From an uncultured virus (IMG/VR IMGVR_UViG_3300031669_000004) (lineage: Duplodnaviria; Heunggongvirae; Uroviricota; Caudoviricetes), in IMG/VR virus record IMGVR_UViG_3300031669_000004: a stretch of 56,896 bases of DNA; one strand, written 5' to 3'. Below are positions 54,827-56,896 of this stretch, one piece after another; positions within the stretch are counted from its first letter, which is position 1; every line of letters begins with the position of its first letter. Below the pieces are notes generated by a model that was not told the origin of the DNA, searched no databases, and saw nothing but the letters and a program-made list of their open reading frames with translations. A program made the position numbers and the translations under genes.

Positions 54827-55068
54827 TTACGATTACACAAAGCAAGACTGTGAATACTAAACTCGAATTGACAAATGAGGAAGCCCAAGATGTAACTATC
54901 AACTACCTAAGAAAAATAGTAATAGGGCACGAGTGTTATGTAACAGACAATGGTAGATTAGAGCACTGGACGAGTTATCCTCATGGCTCAGGAACTACAA
55001 CTGACAAGGGAGAGGCTTCTAAACTTCAGAAGGCGGCTTCAGATTTAATAAAGAAACTTATAAACTAA
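54823..55068 (+). CDS. Hypothetical protein
   Basis: GGAGG RBS, ATGA overlap. Confidence 0.7.
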   Translation: MITITQSKTVNTKLELTNEEAQDVTINYLRKIVIGHECYVTDNGRLEHWTSYPHGSGTTTDKGEASKLQKAASDLIKKLIN

Positions 55069-55073
55069 ATAAA

Positions 55074-55164
55074 GGAAGAGTGGCTGAGTTGGTTTAAGGC
55101 AGCAGTCTTGAAAACTGTCGGTCCAGCGATGGGTCCGTGGGTTCGAATCCCACCTCTTTCACCA
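55074..55164 (+). tRNA. tRNA-Ser(UGA)
   Basis: GCAGT-CTTGAAA-ACTGT, class II arm, ACCA. Confidence 0.92.
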
Positions 55165-55182
55165 AACAAGAAAGGAAAGATT

Positions 55183-55782
55183 ATGAAGATAGCAATAGTT
55201 GGAACCGGTGCCTTTGGATCTTTCCTCTGGAGAGAACTACACCGAGTAGCCTCAGATAGTATAGCAACACCTTACGATACGGGTATCGACACCGTAATTT
55301 TAGCCGTACCATCTAGTGCATACGACAAGGTAGCTAGGAAATACAGAGGCATGCACCTCATCAATGTTTGTAGCACTCAGGCCAAAACTAATTGGATATG
55401 CCAAAAGTACTCCGACAAGGTTACAGGGATACATCCTCTTTTTGGGCCAAGATCCCCTATGGAGGGTAGAACGGCTATAGTTACTACAAGATGTGAGGAG
55501 TCTGCGGAGTTTTTGGATGTTTTCGACTTGATTACTACTGGCGGGTTAAAGCTTATGCTAGGGGGAAATGGCCTAGAGCATGACAAAGTAATGTCCAAGG
55601 TACATATCCCAGTAGTACAGTTACAAGCCCGTATTAAGGAAATAATCAAGGGTGCTGAGGGTATAGCTAAAGACCACATACCAACCTCTTTCCATAAACT
55701 ACGGGAGTTCTCAGAGACTTTCGGTGATATGCCAGAGGGTACACTTAGTAGCATACTGGACAATCCTTTTTATAAGGAGTAG
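55183..55782 (+). CDS. Prephenate dehydrogenase (TyrA)-like oxidoreductase, compact
   Basis: KIAIVG.G.FG Rossmann, VILAVP, NVCS, GIHPLFGP, EHD.VMS. Confidence 0.75.
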   Translation: MKIAIVGTGAFGSFLWRELHRVASDSIATPYDTGIDTVILAVPSSAYDKVARKYRGMHLINVCSTQAKTNWICQKYSDKVTGIHPLFGPRSPMEGRTAIVTTRCEESAEFLDVFDLITTGGLKLMLGGNGLEHDKVMSKVHIPVVQLQARIKEIIKGAEGIAKDHIPTSFHKLREFSETFGDMPEGTLSSILDNPFYKE

Positions 55783-55811
55783 AATAGTCCAATCAATTAA
55801 AGAGGTACTTT

Positions 55812-56171
55812 ATGATATATTTAGCAGCGCCCTATTCCCACCCAGATCCAGCCATAGTCCAAGGACGCATGGAAAGTATCTATGCGTGCCTAGCCCATTA
55901 CATGAAAATGGGTGAGCATATCATTACCCCTTTGTTTATGCACGAAGTAGTAGTGCGTAATGAGGACATGGATGACGACTTCCATTATTGGGGTGAGTAT
56001 TGCCTCGATCTTCTAAAGCGTTGTGATCGTATGATTGTTTTACAACTTCCAGGTTGGGACATTTCTCGTGGGGTAGCCCAAGAGATAGAGTTCTGTTTTA
56101 GAAGGGATATCCCTGTGCTTTATATTATGGAGGAAGAATGGAAGCAAAGTACTACTACGAGGTTCATGTAA
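55812..56171 (+). CDS. DUF1937 / nucleoside deoxyribosyltransferase-like protein
   Basis: IYLAAPYSH...L.RCD...VL.LPGW..S.GV..EI. Confidence 0.8.
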   Translation: MIYLAAPYSHPDPAIVQGRMESIYACLAHYMKMGEHIITPLFMHEVVVRNEDMDDDFHYWGEYCLDLLKRCDRMIVLQLPGWDISRGVAQEIEFCFRRDIPVLYIMEEEWKQSTTTRFM

Positions 56172-56461
56172 CAATAGAGCCGGTATTTGATGACAAGCTA
56201 GAACAGGCTAGGCTTATTGCTGAGAAGTACAAATTCCGTGTCGCAAATCTTCTTATGAAGAAACGAGAGAAAGACACAGAAGAACGGTCTGCTAAAGACA
56301 CCTTCATGACAGGACATGGGAAGCTCTACAGGGATGTGGCTACCAGGGTAATAGGTTTGGTAAAGGAACTTCATGCTGAGGGATTTAAAGTCTGGAGGTA
56401 TAAGATAGAGGATACCATGATAGATAGTAGAATCACAGATGAGTTAGATCTTTTGGTATAA
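56138..56461 (+). CDS. Hypothetical protein
   Basis: GGAGG RBS; YEVHVT...V.RYKIE. Confidence 0.7.
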   Translation: MEAKYYYEVHVTIEPVFDDKLEQARLIAEKYKFRVANLLMKKREKDTEERSAKDTFMTGHGKLYRDVATRVIGLVKELHAEGFKVWRYKIEDTMIDSRITDELDLLV

Positions 56462-56462
56462 G
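56454..56462 (+). promoter_or_regulatory. Phage promoter motif TGGTATAAG
   Basis: Exact copy before tRNA-Thr. Confidence 0.7.
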
Positions 56463-56486
56463 ATAGTATAGAGAAATTTAATTAAC

Positions 56487-56562
56487 GCCCCTATAGCTCA
56501 GTGGTAGAGCCCCGGAATTGTAATCCGGATGTCGAAGGTTCAATTCCTTTCTGGGGGCACCA
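56487..56562 (+). tRNA. tRNA-Thr(UGU)
   Basis: Loop ATTGTAA in CCGGA/TCCGG stem, ACCA. Confidence 0.88.
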
Positions 56563-56613
56563 AACAACAACGCCATGCTGAGAAGTATGGCGTTTTATTT
56601 TTTAGGAATAGAA

Positions 56614-56896
56614 ATGAAATTAACAGTAGGAAGCAGAGCTCAAATATTAAATTTAATAGAGCACGACATACCCAAGATTAGTGATGAGGACTTAAAAAAG
56701 ATGGCAGCCAAAATTGCTCTGTCATACCTGCCCACGGAGGCTTTACCTTTATATAAGACCCATCCTGGTATGTTCATGGTAGCTAATCTAAACTTTGCTA
56801 TAACATTAGCTAATAGAAAGACGGGACAATGGTACGTAACCGTTCCTTCAGGCGGAGATTATGGTGGGGTGCATACCAGATTAAAACAGGATAAAA
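56614..56896 (+). CDS. Hypothetical protein, runs off window end
   Basis: AGGA RBS, open to end of window. Confidence 0.55.
   Translation, partial: MKLTVGSRAQILNLIEHDIPKISDEDLKKMAAKIALSYLPTEALPLYKTHPGMFMVANLNFAITLANRKTGQWYVTVPSGGDYGGVHTRLKQDK

Overview
This window is part of a large (jumbo-type) tailed phage genome, probably infecting a Gram-negative host (beta-barrel OMP gene, proteobacterial-style tmRNA tag). 2.7-9.7 kb is a minus-strand operon: portal-like protein, small ORF, a fused RNA polymerase beta + beta'-N-terminus subunit, a small Gly-rich ORF and a separate catalytic beta' fragment (AGDFDGD). Almost everything else is on the plus strand, behind a recurrent TGGTATAAG promoter motif (at least 17 exact copies). 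It encodes an SNF2 helicase, two lytic transglycosylases, NrdAB, DNA ligase, RNA ligase, a PNK-type phosphatase, Pth2, NADAR, an SPFH protein, a PRPP-synthetase-like + Nampt-like pair (NARP1-type NAD reconstitution) and many small hypothetical ORFs. The most striking content is RNA. There are 25 tRNA genes covering all 20 amino acids, several with non-canonical architecture (D-arm-less Arg; long-variable-arm Gly, Trp and fMet). There is also a 667-nt group I intron without an obvious endonuclease ORF in tRNA-Leu(UAA), a circularly permuted (two-piece) tmRNA, and several unassigned structured ncRNA candidates, including a stand-alone double-pseudoknot RNA at 34.27-34.51 kb. A (TA)n tract inside a long imperfect inverted repeat at ~15.1 kb is an origin candidate. 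All calls come from manual motif and base-pair reading; no database searches were run.
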